From: Mobula birostris | Lineage: Eukaryota | Assembly: GCF_030028105.1 (NCBI RefSeq) | Contig: NC_092370.1 | Coordinates: 215,184,005-215,248,004, forward strand | Length of the DNA stretch: 64,000 bases | Direction of reading: 5' to 3' | Part shown: piece after piece, positions 62,710-64,000 of the stretch | Position numbering within the stretch: the first letter of the stretch is position 1 | Layout of the letters: each line of letters starts with the position of its first letter | Made by a program: the position numbers and the translations under genes | The notes under the pieces: generated by a model | Database searches by the model: none | What the model was told of the DNA's origin: nothing | What the model saw: only the letters and a program-made list of their open reading frames with translations

Positions 62710-64000
62710 GGCAGGATTTATGAACATTTGGAGAGGTATAATATGATTAGGAATAGTCAGCATGGCTTTGTCAAGGGCAGGTCGTGCCTTACAAGCCTGA
62801 TTGAATTTCTTGAGGATGTGACTAAACACATTGATGAAGGAAGAGCAGTAGATGTAGTATATATGGATTTCAGCAAGACATTTGATAAGGTACCCCATGC
62901 AAGGCTTATTGAGAAAGTAAGGAGGCATGGGATCCAAGGGGACATTGCCTTCTGTGGGCAAGCCCGTTCTGGATCCACAAAGAGTGGTTGTAGATGGGTC
63001 ATATTCTGCATGGAGGTCGGTCACCAGTGGAGTGCCTCAGGGATCTGTTCTGGGACCCCTACTCTTCGTGATTTTTATAAATGACCTAGATGAGGAAGTG
63101 GAGGGATGGGTTAGTAAGTTTGCTGATGACATGAAGGTTGGGGATGTTGTGGATAGTGTGGAGGGCTGTCAGAGGTTACAGCGGAACACTGATAGGATGC
63201 AAAACTGGGCTGAGAAGTGGCAGATGGAGTTCAACCCAGACAAGTGTGAGGTGCTTCATTTTGGTAGGTCAAATGTGATGGCAGAATATAGCATTAATAG
63301 TAAGACTCTTGGCAGTGTGGAGGATCAGAGGGACCTTGGGGTCCGAGTCCATAGGACACTCAAAGCAGCTGCGCAGGTTGACTCTGTGGTTAAGAAGGCA
63401 TACAGTGCATTGGCTTTCATCAATCGTGGAACTGAATTTAGGAGCCGAGAGGTAATGTTGCAGTTATATAGGACCCTGGTCAGACCCCACTTGGAGTACT
63501 GTGTTCAATTATGGTCGCCTCACTACAAGAAGGATGTGGAAGCCATAGAAAGGGTGCAGAGGAGATTTACAAGGATGTTGCCTGGATTGGGGAGCATGCC
63601 TTATGAGAATATGTTGAGTGAACTCAGCCTTTTCTCCTTGGAGCGACAGAGGATGAGAGATGATCTGATAGAGGAGTATAAGATGATGAGAGGCATTGAT
63701 CGTGTGGATAGTCAGAGGCTTTTTCCCAGGACTGAAATGGTTGCCACAAGAGGACACAGGTTTAAGGTGCTGGGGAGTAGGTACAGCGGAGATGTCAGGG
63801 GTAAGTTTTGTTTTTACTCAAGAGTGGTGAGCGCATGGAATGGGTTGCTGGGAACGGTGGTGGAGGGGTATAAGATAGGGTCTTTTTTGAGAGACTTTTG
63901 GATAGGTACATGGAGCTTAGAAAAATAGAGGGCTATAAGTAAGCCTAGTAATTTCTAAGGTAGGGACATGTTCGGCACAACTTTGTGGGCCGAAAGGCCT
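62710..64000 (+). mobile_element. Relatively intact CR1 LINE 3' portion (RT) in the PRPF39 intron
   Basis: SQHGFVKGRSCLTSL, DVVYMDFSKTFDKVPH, SGVPQGSVLGP, KFADD, RPHLEYCVQLWSP; 333-aa open stretch; CR1 tail at the window end. Confidence 0.92.

Noticed and set aside
62927-63928. 333-aa ORF as a host gene
   Set aside because: It is the CR1 reverse-transcriptase C-terminal half, 5'-truncated and frameshifted, with no sign of domestication.

Overview
Vertebrate genomic DNA, not prokaryotic. The repeat content (Rex1/Babar, CR1, Penelope-like elements, V-SINE/HE1-type SINEs) suggests a cartilaginous fish, probably a ray or skate; this is inference. Five spliced genes were reconstructed by hand: FANCM exon 1 (minus strand, runs off the left edge), a complete clade-A/V2 alpha-1-antitrypsin-like serpin (+, 416 aa), FKBP3 (+, 7 exons, 225 aa, last intron U12-type), FAU (minus, FUBI-eS30, 133 aa, 5'TOP) and the last coding exon of PRPF39 (minus). 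FANCM, FKBP3 and PRPF39 are immediate neighbours in human 14q21; here a serpin lies between FANCM and FKBP3, and FAU lies between FKBP3 and PRPF39. The rest is mostly decayed mobile DNA: a near-complete Penelope-like element whose terminal repeats carry minimal hammerhead ribozymes (also dispersed as short insertions), two Tc1 transposons, a mariner-type MITE, a Gypsy remnant, two solo LTRs, and L1/Tx1, CR1, RTE and Rex/Babar fragments. Most entries in the ORF track are transposon fragments or chance ORFs. I found no clearly new multi-gene system. The best leads are the relocated serpin, the hammerhead-bearing repeats, a candidate intronic snoRNA and unexplained minus-strand exon-like segments.
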